DNA from: an uncultured Nitrososphaerota archaeon
GTDB lineage: Archaea; Thermoproteota; Nitrososphaeria; Conexivisphaerales; DTJL01
Length of the DNA stretch: 64,000 bases
NCBI GenBank assembly: GCA_963842885.1
Contig: CAWJIE010000002.1
Coordinates: 160,001 to 224,000 of the forward strand
Direction of reading: 5' to 3'
Position 1 is the first letter of the stretch, and every line of letters begins with the position of its first letter. The position numbers and the translations under genes were made by a program. Positions 29,771 to 39,126 of this stretch are shown piece by piece. The notes under the pieces are model-generated. The model worked only from the letters and a program-made list of their open reading frames with translations, ran no database searches and was not told the DNA's origin.

Positions 29771-30720
29771 AGGGCGTCACCCAGCTGCTCCTTCAGCTTC
29801 TTCAGGCGCTCCGCCAGCGCCTTGTCGTACTTCCCTGCCGTGACTTCGAGCGACGCCAGCTCCTTCTGGGCGTCGCTGACGATGCTGCCCGCGAAGCCGC
29901 GCCTGGACCTGGTCCTGACCCACATCAGGGCCAGGAGGAAGGCCACCAGCGCCAGGACGACGGTGGAAACCAGCAGCAGGGTGTAGACCGTGGTGCTGGG
30001 CGGGGCGGGGAAGTTCTGCGGATTGAGCGTGTTCAACAAGTCCGTGGCCGTCACGGGGAGGCCTGACGTGTAGATGGTCTGGGCCTGAGCCAGGAGCCTG
30101 TTGACTACGCTGGTGTACGCCGGGTCAATCTGGCCCGAGGAGATGAGGTTGGACTTCTGTGAGTAGGTGTTGAGATAGCTCTGGATGGCGTCGTCCGATA
30201 TCGTGATGCTGTAGTTCGCCACACGGGAGCCACCTGTCACGAAGGCAGTGATCAGGTCGAAGCTGGGCTTGGCGAACCTGAGGCTGAAGGGGATTCCTTC
30301 GCTGTTGTTGAGCACTTGCGTCGTGAAGGTGGCGGGGATGGTGAACACGGCAGAGAGGGTGACCTCACCCTGCACCTGGGTGAATATCACAGCGGGGGAC
30401 CCTGGGGTGAAGGACGCGGGGCTGTATCCAGCGTAACCAGGCGTCAGGACGTACCAGTATTGGGAGCCGCTGAGGGTCATGCTGGGGTCCAGGAAGACCG
30501 TAAAATTGGAGATCGACTGGGTGAACGGGACTTCCAGGGTGATGGTTACGTTGTAGTTGTGACCAGCCAGCAGCGGCTGACCGGCCGCGACGTCCACGTT
30601 CCCCGTGAAGTCATGCACTGAGTAAGCGCTCACCCAGTTCGTCGTAGCGGCATGGGCAGGAATCGCCAGAAAGGCGAGTGACAGAACTAACAGTAGCGAG
30701 AGGCCTCTCTGCCTTCTCAT
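29767..30720 (-). CDS. Secreted single-pass membrane protein with cytoplasmic coiled-coil tail (gene 1)
   Basis: Signal peptide ending AHA, beta-rich ectodomain, PAPPS linker, TM, RTRSRR stop-transfer, helical tail. Confidence 0.8.
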   Translation of the reverse strand: MRRQRGLSLLLVLSLAFLAIPAHAATTNWVSAYSVHDFTGNVDVAAGQPLLAGHNYNVTITLEVPFTQSISNFTVFLDPSMTLSGSQYWYVLTPGYAGYSPASFTPGSPAVIFTQVQGEVTLSAVFTIPATFTTQVLNNSEGIPFSLRFAKPSFDLITAFVTGGSRVANYSITISDDAIQSYLNTYSQKSNLISSGQIDPAYTSVVNRLLAQAQTIYTSGLPVTATDLLNTLNPQNFPAPPSTTVYTLLLVSTVVLALVAFLLALMWVRTRSRRGFAGSIVSDAQKELASLEVTAGKYDKALAERLKKLKEQLGDAL

Positions 30721-30723
30721 AAA

Positions 30724-30750
30724 GGAGGTAGAATCTACCTCCGAATATAA
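30724..30750 (-). promoter_or_regulatory. TATA box plus perfect 19-bp palindrome (putative operator) of the tubulin-like operon
   Basis: Minus strand reads TTATATTC GGAGGTAGA-T-TCTACCTCC TTT ATG. Confidence 0.65.
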
Positions 30751-30893
30751 GCCTAACGTGTGTCGGGTCTTTCAGCTCGAGAGTGGGAGGTGTTGACCTC
30801 CTCCTCTCTACGAAGGCCGGCGCGGGACCAGCAGAGCCTTCGACATGGGAAACTCTTAAGACCTGACTCGCTCCTGTTGACCCGAGCCCGAAG

Positions 30894-31736
30894 ATGAAGG
30901 GGAAGGTCGTCCTGCTCACCGGTGGTAACTCTGGCATCGGCAAGGCCGCCGCCATAGAGCTGGCGAAGATGGGGGCGGAGCTTACCCTGGTCTGCCGCCA
31001 CAGGGAGAGGGCCGAAGCAGCCAAGAGCGAAATAGTCTCTGAAAGCGGCAACTCCTCAGTCGACCTAATCATAGCCGACCTCCTCCCGCAGAGGGAGGTC
31101 AGGAGGGCTGTGGCGGAGTTCCTGTCTTCCCGCACGAGGCTGGACGTCCTGATAAACAACGCGGGGAGCAACTTCCCCAGCTATTCGGAGACTGAGGACG
31201 GTATCGAGAGCGCCATGGCCCTGAATTACTTCGCGCCCTTCCTCCTCACGAACCTCCTGCTGAAGACGCTGGAGTATAGCGCCCCTTCGAGGGTGGTCAA
31301 CGTCTCCTCCGCGGCTCACTTCGGCGCGAACCTAGACCTCAGCGACCTGAACGGGCGAAATGGCGTCGGGATGGGCGGGCTGGGGTCTTACGGCCGGTCG
31401 AAGCTCGCCCTAATGCTGTTCACCAACGAACTGGCGAGGCGCATGGAGAGGAGGGACGTCACGGCCAATTCCCTCCACCCTGGAGCCGTAAGGACCCACA
31501 TCTGGGCCCATTCGGGAACCTTCAGCCCTCTTGTGAGATTCGCCTCCCTCTTCATGATCGGCCCCGAGGAGGGGGCGAAGACGACGGTGTACCTGGCATC
31601 GTCCCCTGAGGTGGAGGGCGTGACAGGGAAGTACTTCGAGAAGTGCAAAGCCAGGCAGTCCTCGGCCAAATCCTATGACGCGGAGCTGGCGGCTAGGCTC
31701 TGGGACATGAGCCTCAAGATGATCGGGCTGGCCTAG
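30894..31736 (+). CDS. Short-chain dehydrogenase/reductase (retinol dehydrogenase-like)
   Basis: TGGNSGIG, LINNAG, VSS, YGRSK, HPGAVRT. Confidence 0.95.
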   Translation: MKGKVVLLTGGNSGIGKAAAIELAKMGAELTLVCRHRERAEAAKSEIVSESGNSSVDLIIADLLPQREVRRAVAEFLSSRTRLDVLINNAGSNFPSYSETEDGIESAMALNYFAPFLLTNLLLKTLEYSAPSRVVNVSSAAHFGANLDLSDLNGRNGVGMGGLGSYGRSKLALMLFTNELARRMERRDVTANSLHPGAVRTHIWAHSGTFSPLVRFASLFMIGPEEGAKTTVYLASSPEVEGVTGKYFEKCKARQSSAKSYDAELAARLWDMSLKMIGLA

Positions 31737-31835
31737 GAAGGCTGCACGTCGTCCGACTCTTCCTCGCCTTCGCGGCCATCTTCGCCCTTGCCTTTATCCG
31801 GCGAGATTCCCTCTGACAGAAAGATGTGAAGCCCG

Positions 31836-32426
31836 TCAGGAGGCCGACACGATGATGATGAGCAGCGCGAGGCCGGCGGAGAAGAGCGCGTGTTTCCATC
31901 TGGCTCCACTCAGAAGCCTGACGGCCAAGGCCGCAGAGACTATCGAGGAAGCCGCCCAGACGACCTCGAACGAGATGGCGTAGAGGCTGGTGCTGACGAA
32001 GGCGGCGTAGTACACCGGACCGTGAAGAGGGTAGGCGGCGTAGGTCAGGCTGAAGAGGAAGGTCAGGTAGCCGCCCATGGCCATGGATTGCCACATCCTG
32101 AGCTTGTACTTCCCGCGCGAAACGGTGAGGACGGTCATGAAGATTATGAACCCGCCAATCATCAGCTGCCCGCCGGCAAGCAGGAGGCAAGGGATGAGGA
32201 AGAGGTCGAACCCCACCTTCAGACGATAGCTCGAGTCGGGGAGACCGGGGATGAGGATGTCAAGAAAGAATGCGTATGTCGTGAAGGCGAGGATCAGGAA
32301 GGTGACAGCCAGCACCTTGTACCTGGTGAGCTTGTCGGAAGGCTGGAGCGAGCCCAAGGCAGTTCTAAACGAAGAGCTTGTTACTGAATCTTGACGAGAG
32401 GAACCTTTCCTCCAAGATGAGCCCAC
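31836..32426 (-). CDS. Hypothetical multi-TM membrane protein
   Basis: About 5 TM helices. Overlaps the end of the CPBP gene. Confidence 0.65.
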   Translation of the reverse strand: MGSSWRKGSSRQDSVTSSSFRTALGSLQPSDKLTRYKVLAVTFLILAFTTYAFFLDILIPGLPDSSYRLKVGFDLFLIPCLLLAGGQLMIGGFIIFMTVLTVSRGKYKLRMWQSMAMGGYLTFLFSLTYAAYPLHGPVYYAAFVSTSLYAISFEVVWAASSIVSAALAVRLLSGARWKHALFSAGLALLIIIVSAS

Positions 32427-33174
32427 GCGCCTGAGCGGCCGCTAACTCAGCTGGAAATGCGCCTCCTACGTAAGGCACCGCTGCCTTCCTCTGCGCTTGG
32501 GCTATCTCCAGGATCGCGAGTGCGAGGTCCACCATCATGATGACCCCCAGGGCCGCATAGGAAACGTATCCGAAGGGGGAGGCCGGCAGGGCGGTGCTGA
32601 GGTAGGCGAACAGGTTCCATGCGGCGTGGATGCTGGCCGTGACGTAGACGCTCCGGGTGACCAAGAAGACGGGGGCGTAGACCAAGCCCAAGAGCACGAG
32701 GATAGTCAGTGAGATGGGGTCCTGGAACTGCTGAGCCCCGAGGTGGAAGACGGCGAAGAGGACGGCGGAGGCCACGGAGGCGGTGACCATGCCCAGCCCT
32801 CGAAGGCGTCCCGCCACGTACCCCCGGAAGAAGATCTCCTCGCACAGAGGGGCGACGACCACCGCGAACATTATGGTGGGGGCGATGTCGGACTGCCACA
32901 GCATCGGCACGAAGACGAGAGGGAGAAGGAGAGCGGCCGCGAAGCACTTCCAAGACAGGGCGGTGGCCCCTCTAAGGCCCTGCTCGGAGGCGAAGTCCGA
33001 CCTCCTCAGCCTCGCGGAGACCAGAGGGATCCCCACCAGGAGGCCCAGATAGGTCGCCAGCGCCGCGGAGACGTAATGATATGAGGGGGAGTTCACCAGG
33101 ACGACGGCCCCGAGGGAGACGGCGAAGGCTAGGCCCAGCTCCAGGACGTCGCGAAATGCCGGCTTCGCCAACAT
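32365..33174 (-). CDS. CPBP (CAAX/Abi) intramembrane glutamic endopeptidase
   Basis: EEIFFRG, FAVFH, HAAWN motifs. Confidence 0.93.
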   Translation of the reverse strand: MLAKPAFRDVLELGLAFAVSLGAVVLVNSPSYHYVSAALATYLGLLVGIPLVSARLRRSDFASEQGLRGATALSWKCFAAALLLPLVFVPMLWQSDIAPTIMFAVVVAPLCEEIFFRGYVAGRLRGLGMVTASVASAVLFAVFHLGAQQFQDPISLTILVLLGLVYAPVFLVTRSVYVTASIHAAWNLFAYLSTALPASPFGYVSYAALGVIMMVDLALAILEIAQAQRKAAVPYVGGAFPAELAAAQARGLILEERFLSSRFSNKLFV

Positions 33175-33393
33175 CCTTGAGTGGCGCTCACTCGATATAT
33201 GAACTGTAACCCATTGGGCGCCGCTTCAGATGCCCGTCCAAGTGGGACGGGGTGCCACGCTGGGTAACCCGCAGAGGCAGAGTGGCCTCTGGGAAGAGGA
33301 GAAGCAGTCTGCGACAGCTGGTCCCCTGTGCCCGCCCTTACATCAACTTGGACCCGGCAGAAGGTCGCCGATCATCCCGCGGGAACGAGAGTC

Positions 33394-35817
33394 CTAGCCG
33401 GAGGGATGCCAGGAAATAGGGAACGTAAGCGTGAACGTGGTTCCCTTCCCAGGTTCGCTGTCTACGGAAATCGTGCCTCTGTGGGCTTCCACGAGCCTCT
33501 TGCAGATGGCCAGCCCCAGGCCCGTGCCCTTTGGCTTCGTCGTGAAGAAGGGTGTGAAGAGCTTCCCCATGTTCTCCTTCGATATCCCCTGGCCGGTGTC
33601 CGCAAAGGAGAGGACAACGGTCCTCTGATGAACGACCATCCCGATCGTGAGGGTCCCTCCCTTGGGCATGGCGTCGATGGCGTTGAAGATGATGTTCTGG
33701 AAAATCCTGACCAGGTAGGTGGAGTCTCCGGAGACCGGCGCTTCGGGAAACGGCTTCGTCACGATCCTGACGTGGGCAGGAACTGAGACCTGCCTGAGAG
33801 CCGACCTGACCACCCTGCCGAGGTCCAGCTCCTTCATCTTCAGCTTCGTCTTCTTGGAGAAGTCGAAGAGGTCGGCGATGATCCCGTTGGCGTGGACCAG
33901 GCTCTCGTCCATGGACTTGAGCACTCCCTGCAGTTTCCTCCTCTCCCTTTCTGGAAGGACGTTCTGCAGGTAGAAGAGGTCGGTCCGGACGGCGGTGAGG
34001 GGGCTCCTCAGGTCATGGCCCACCTGGGCGGCCACGCTCCCGATGGCGGCCAAGCGCTCCGCCTTCAGCAGCTGCCTGTTGGATTCGTTAAGCTCCCTGG
34101 TCCTCTCCTTGACCATCTCCTCCAGCTTGGTGCTGTACCTCTTCAGGTCCTCCTCCATGATCTTCCTGTCGGTGATGTCCGTGCCCACGCTGAGTATTAT
34201 GGGCTCGCCGCCGGTGTCCTTCGCAACGTTGTTGCTCCAGTGGACCCAGACCCTCGTGCCATCCTTCTTGGTGTTCTCGTTGACGCTGTTGGCGTAGCTT
34301 TCGGGGTGGGCGTAGATGTCCTCGATAAGCGTGCCCAGGTCCCTCCCCGTCGACTCGGTCTTCGGGGCGATGGTGCCAACCACCCCTTTCCCGATGAGCT
34401 CCTTCTCGGGGAACCCGAAGAACTCCTCCCCGTATTCGTTGATGCTGAGTATCCTGCCCTTCATGTCCTGCTTGAGGATGATGCTGCGGGCGTTCTCCAC
34501 CAGCTCCCGATACTTCTCCTCGGAGGAGCGCAGCGCCTCCTCGTTCTTCTTTATCTGGGTGAGGTCCGTCACGGAGACTATGACTCGCGAATAGGTCTTC
34601 TCGGAACCCGGCGGTATGATGTACCTGACGACGACGGGGATGAGCTTCTCTCTAAGGGTCTTGTTCTGGGTCTCGGTCTCGAACTCCCTGCGCCCTTCCG
34701 CCAGCGCCACGAACCTGTCGACGAAACCGGCCACTGCCTCTTCGCTGAGGATCTGATAGAGATTGTTCAGCTCCCCCTTGCCGCCGGCTTCGTAGAGGCG
34801 AACGAGAGCCGCGTTGGCGTCGATGAGCTTCACCTTCCCGACCAGCCTTTTGACTTCGCCAGGGTTCGCCGCGAGGTGCTCCCTGAGCGATCTGATGCCC
34901 CGCCGAGCCATGACGTCCAGCTCGGCCTTCGCCACGGAGAAGTCCTCCACCATCAGTGCGACAGGGCATTCTTCGAAGAGCGTCCTATACCTCCGTTCGC
35001 TCTCGAGGAGGGCCGCCTCCATCGTCTTCCGCTCGGTGATGTCGTAGACGAGGCCGATGATCCCTAAGATTCGGCCGCGTTCACCCTTCAAAGGGAGCTT
35101 GGTGGTTTCAGCCACCATGGCTTTCCCTCTTTCCGCCCATGGCCCCTCCCAGTGGATGGCCTCGCCTGTTGTCAGCACCCTGTTGTCGTCGGCGGCGTAC
35201 TTGTCCGCCAGCGCCCTGCTGGTGATGTCGTAGTCCGTCTTCCCGACGATCTCCGACTTGCTGAAGCCGACCACATCGCAGAACCTCCTGTTGGCGGTCA
35301 TGAAGCGGCCCCGGGTATCCTTGAGAAACGCGTACGCGGGGATGCTGTCCAGGAGAGTGCTCACCTCCCTTTCCGTCAGCCGAAGCTTCTCCTCCATCTC
35401 CCTCCTTTCGGTGATGTCTTCCAGCAGGGCTACTATGGAAGACGGGGAGAGGTCGGCGTCCCTGACGACCGAGATCGTCATGTGCCCCCGGCGCGCGACC
35501 CCCTCCTTCGTGCTGAACCTGACCTCCGCCTGATGGCTGTCCGTGAGACCGGCGAGGAGCTCCAAATAGGCAGCCTTGTTCCTTGCCTCGTCTTCGGGGT
35601 GGATGATTGCCTCCCAGTCCATCCCCTTGAGCTCGTAGAGCTCGTACCCCAGCATCTTGCAAAGCGCGGGATTCGCATCGATGATGGTGCGCTCGACATC
35701 CACTACGGCAACACCGACGGCGGCCCTCTGGAAGATGGTTCTAAATCTGGCCTCGGCCTCTCGGACGGTGACCTCGGTGGGCCGCGCTCCAGGTCCAGAG
35801 TCCATGATGTCGCTCAA
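33394..35817 (-). CDS. Cytoplasmic 4xPAS sensor histidine kinase
   Basis: Four PAS/PAC units ending D(I/L)T. H-box VGHDLRSPL, N-box NIIFNAIDA, DTGQGI, FTPFFTTK, GTGLGL. Confidence 0.95.
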   Translation of the reverse strand: MSDIMDSGPGARPTEVTVREAEARFRTIFQRAAVGVAVVDVERTIIDANPALCKMLGYELYELKGMDWEAIIHPEDEARNKAAYLELLAGLTDSHQAEVRFSTKEGVARRGHMTISVVRDADLSPSSIVALLEDITERREMEEKLRLTEREVSTLLDSIPAYAFLKDTRGRFMTANRRFCDVVGFSKSEIVGKTDYDITSRALADKYAADDNRVLTTGEAIHWEGPWAERGKAMVAETTKLPLKGERGRILGIIGLVYDITERKTMEAALLESERRYRTLFEECPVALMVEDFSVAKAELDVMARRGIRSLREHLAANPGEVKRLVGKVKLIDANAALVRLYEAGGKGELNNLYQILSEEAVAGFVDRFVALAEGRREFETETQNKTLREKLIPVVVRYIIPPGSEKTYSRVIVSVTDLTQIKKNEEALRSSEEKYRELVENARSIILKQDMKGRILSINEYGEEFFGFPEKELIGKGVVGTIAPKTESTGRDLGTLIEDIYAHPESYANSVNENTKKDGTRVWVHWSNNVAKDTGGEPIILSVGTDITDRKIMEEDLKRYSTKLEEMVKERTRELNESNRQLLKAERLAAIGSVAAQVGHDLRSPLTAVRTDLFYLQNVLPERERRKLQGVLKSMDESLVHANGIIADLFDFSKKTKLKMKELDLGRVVRSALRQVSVPAHVRIVTKPFPEAPVSGDSTYLVRIFQNIIFNAIDAMPKGGTLTIGMVVHQRTVVLSFADTGQGISKENMGKLFTPFFTTKPKGTGLGLAICKRLVEAHRGTISVDSEPGKGTTFTLTFPISWHPSG

Positions 35818-35955
35818 GGGCGGACCACGAAGGATGTCCGGAAGTCACCAGGGTATGCGCCTTCGCGTGAAGCTAACCGAGGCAACTGACCTTTAGGAAC
35901 CTGTGCGCTCTATAACCGTTGCGCCTTTGTGCGCGACACCATGAAGGAGACCTAT

Positions 35956-36168
35956 CTATAGCTGGCCCACCAGCTTGGCGACGGCGCGGTGGAAGTCATG
36001 GATCGAGCGCACGGGTGGAGCGTACATCAGGATGCACTTCCCGGAAACGGCCTCTAAGCCCAGCTCTTTGGCGATCGCAAGGGCCTCCGAGGGCTCTGCT
36101 CCCCTCTGCAGCCAGACCTTGCGCATGTCGCGAGCCCCGAATTCCCGCAGGGGCGCCGCAATCGCCTG
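35956..36168 (-). pseudogene. C-terminal half of a CoA-binding (YccU-like) protein
   Basis: Manual translation: ...MRKVWLQRGAEPSEALAIAKELGLEAVSGKCILMYAPPVRSIHDFHRAVAKLVGQL*. In-frame TAA immediately upstream and the N-terminal half is absent. Confidence 0.65.
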
Positions 36169-36221
36169 TTACCGCCAAGAGGGAGGGGAGGCTACGCACG
36201 TCTTACAAGGGATGAGGGAGG

Positions 36222-37025
36222 TCAGATGTACACAGCGGAGAGCATGCCGTAGTACGTCGGGCAGGAGTAGCTGCAGCACGCTGGCTTCAGGCCCTTCCCC
36301 TTGAGGGCACCGTGCAGGATGAGCATCTGCCAGAGGCTGTCCGGCTTGGCCCTTTCTACGAACGCGGGATCGAAGCGCAAGAGTCCCTTCAACCTGTCCG
36401 ACCTTACGAGGGAAGCCACCTTCGCGTCGTACTCCTCTGATGCCCTGTCGAAGCCGTATGGGCCCGATTCCTTGTGAGCGTGTCCCTGGTCGGCGCTGGC
36501 GACGAAGGCCACCCTTGTCGCCGCCCCCCTGGCCGCCTCGCCGACGCATTCCCCCATGGCTACAAGGTCGGCCCAAGGGATCTCTCTGGATGGGGTGACG
36601 AGGACAATTCCAACCTTCCTGGGGAGGAACCAGAGGGGGACCATCGTTCCCCAGTCCAGAGGCATCCTCGATTCGGGGCCTGAGCTGGTGCCGAAGTTGA
36701 CAGCTACGACCGGGAGGCCCCTCTTCTCGGCCGACTCAAGTATCGAATCGGCCAGCCGCACGTCGCACTTCCAGGAGAGCGAGAGCCTCTTCTCTCCCTC
36801 CTCCAGCGTTCCGGCGCAGCTCTCGGTCCTCACGACGCCTATCTTCCCTTCTATCCTAAGGTTGTGAGGGGAGGCTATGACGACGATCCGGGGGTTCCTG
36901 CTGGCGACGAGGGAGGCGGCTTTTCTCATCCCTTTCGTCACGTCAGAGAAGTCGGCATTTCCCTCCCTGAACCCCGGTATCGCGGCCGTGCCGTGCGGCA
37001 GGATGGCTGCTGAAACCAGCGGCAT
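36222..37025 (-). CDS. LigB/Memo-like class III extradiol dioxygenase family protein
   Basis: PHG, IASPH, LDWG..VPL, ASADQGH, TYYGM. Confidence 0.85.
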   Translation of the reverse strand: MPLVSAAILPHGTAAIPGFREGNADFSDVTKGMRKAASLVASRNPRIVVIASPHNLRIEGKIGVVRTESCAGTLEEGEKRLSLSWKCDVRLADSILESAEKRGLPVVAVNFGTSSGPESRMPLDWGTMVPLWFLPRKVGIVLVTPSREIPWADLVAMGECVGEAARGAATRVAFVASADQGHAHKESGPYGFDRASEEYDAKVASLVRSDRLKGLLRFDPAFVERAKPDSLWQMLILHGALKGKGLKPACCSYSCPTYYGMLSAVYI

Positions 37026-37266
37026 GGCTGTAGCTGACGCCGCCGAGGCTTATCAGCGCTTCGAACCACCAAACGTACTTGCAGAGGAGGAGGAAGCGCA
37101 TGTGAACGCACGGTCGACAGAACCGACCAGGCCCTCTGCACGATTCTTCTGGCCAACTGAAGGCGGCTGATGGTGTTTCCCCCCGGTCGAGAGGTTAAAT
37201 ACGGCCGGAGCCGTTCAGCCGTCGCTTGACTAGGGCCGCCCCAAGAGGGGCTACAGGGAGGGCGAA

Positions 37267-37804
37267 ATGAGAGCCATCGTCCTCTACGACACTCGCTATA
37301 GGAACACCGAGAGCGTGGCCAGGGCGCTGGCGCGGGGAGTCGAGGAATCTGGGGTCAGGACGAGATGCGGCAGCATCGCCGAGGCCGACGTCAAGGGCCT
37401 AACCGAGTTCGACTTGATAGCCGTCGGCGGGCCCACTCACTTCAGGACCGCGTCGCAGCCCATGCAGGAGTTCCTCAACTCCCTTGAAGGGGTCGAATTC
37501 TGCGGCCAGATGGCGTTCGCCTTCGACACCAGGAGGGACTCTTACTGGGCCGGCAGCGCGGCAAAGTACATCGAGAGGAAGCTTCGCTCTCGGGGCCTCA
37601 CTATGATTCTGGCCTCCGATGTCGGCGCGCGTGTTCATCCCCGAGGAGGACGAAGACAGAGGCGTCACACTCACCAAGGAGGAGCGGAAGGAGAGGAAAA
37701 GGAGCAGTGTGAGGCTCGCAGAGAAGATGGAGGAGCTCTTCCAGAGGACGGGAAGAGAGATGGGCAGGACGCTCTCGAAGGCTCCGTCCCATCCCGAAGT
37801 CTAG
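37267..37804 (+). CDS. Flavodoxin-like protein (frameshift near 37615)
   Basis: IVLYDTRYRNTE.VA, IAVGGPTH, AFDTR. Continues in ORF 37619..37804. Confidence 0.8.
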
Positions 37805-39057
37805 GAGATGACCTCGCCGCCGCGACCGCTGAAGTCCTTGAGGGTCCTGTGAGGGAAGACCTTGTTGCCGTTGAGGACGCACCCCTCTCCTATGCTCACG
37901 TCGTCACCCAGCACGGAGAGACCGACCACCCACGTAGGCTTCTCCCTGCTGGATCCGATGCGGGCGTGCCTGCCGACGATGCTCTGGCGCACATCAGCCC
38001 CGTCGCCGACGACGACCCTGTCCATTAGGGAGGAGTTCTCGATCGTCACTCCCTCGCCTAGGACGCAGAAGTTGTCGATGCAGGAGTTCCTGATGGTGGT
38101 GCCGTCGCCGATTTGGCAGTGGCGGCCCACGAGCACCGAGCCCTCCAGCCGTATCTTGCCCTCCCTGACCTTCTCCACTATCACCCTTCTCCTCTTCTCC
38201 GAATCGAGGGAGTTGCCCTTGATCCAGACCCTCTCGAGCCCGTTGACGGGCTCGCCCAGGTAGAAGGAGGTACGCCGGCCACCCAGGACCTTCTCCATGG
38301 TCCGGAGGTAACCCTTGGGCGTCCCCACGTCGAACCACTCTCCTTTCATGGTGTACCCGTAGACCGGGTGGCCGCCGTCGGTCATGAAGGGGATGAAGTC
38401 CATCCCGAAGTCGAGGCGCTTCTTGCCGCGTATCATCTCCTGAACGTGGGGATCGTCGAACACTTTGCGCACGCCGGCGGAGAGAAGGTAGATGCCGGCG
38501 TTGGCCAGGTTCGACGGCGCCTCATCCTTGGCGGGCTTCTCGACGAACCTGCGGATCCTCCCTCCATCGGCGACGTCGGCCACGCCGTAGCCTTCCACGT
38601 CGTCCACCGGGGTGAGGACCACCGTCATGGCGGCCCTCTTCTTCTCATGGAAGGAGAGGAGGTCCCTGAGGTCCAGGTTGAAGAGGTTGTCTCCCTGGAC
38701 GACGATCACGGGCCCGTCGATGTCGAAATACTCCATGTTGATGCGGACGGAGTCGGCGCTGCCGACGTCTTCGACGTTGGGCTGGTACTTGATGTGGACC
38801 CTGGGGGAGATGCCATATTCAGCCGAGAATCCGACGCCGTCTTTCAGATAGTCCATCAGGGAGACGTAGTTGACGTAGCCCTTCACGCCCATGACGAAGT
38901 TCCTGACCCCCTGCTGGGCCAGCTCGGCCATGGCGAACTCGACCATGGGCTTGCAGAAAATCCGCACCACGGCCTTCGAGACCTCCGCAGTGAGAGGCTT
39001 GAGCCGCTTGGCCTCCCCCCCGACGGGTATGATGGCTTTGAGGTCTGAAGGGTTCAA
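37801..39057 (-). CDS. NDP-sugar pyrophosphorylase with left-handed beta-helix (probable glucose-1-phosphate nucleotidyltransferase)
   Basis: GGEAKRLKPLT, QGDN, FVEKP, NAGIY, WFDVGT and hexapeptide repeats. Confidence 0.9.
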   Translation of the reverse strand: MNPSDLKAIIPVGGEAKRLKPLTAEVSKAVVRIFCKPMVEFAMAELAQQGVRNFVMGVKGYVNYVSLMDYLKDGVGFSAEYGISPRVHIKYQPNVEDVGSADSVRINMEYFDIDGPVIVVQGDNLFNLDLRDLLSFHEKKRAAMTVVLTPVDDVEGYGVADVADGGRIRRFVEKPAKDEAPSNLANAGIYLLSAGVRKVFDDPHVQEMIRGKKRLDFGMDFIPFMTDGGHPVYGYTMKGEWFDVGTPKGYLRTMEKVLGGRRTSFYLGEPVNGLERVWIKGNSLDSEKRRRVIVEKVREGKIRLEGSVLVGRHCQIGDGTTIRNSCIDNFCVLGEGVTIENSSLMDRVVVGDGADVRQSIVGRHARIGSSREKPTWVVGLSVLGDDVSIGEGCVLNGNKVFPHRTLKDFSGRGGEVIS

Positions 39058-39126
39058 TTGGAGCCGACTAATCCATATATACGCAGGAGGGGGGGTTTAT
39101 CTTTGTCTGAGATGGGGATTCTTGGA

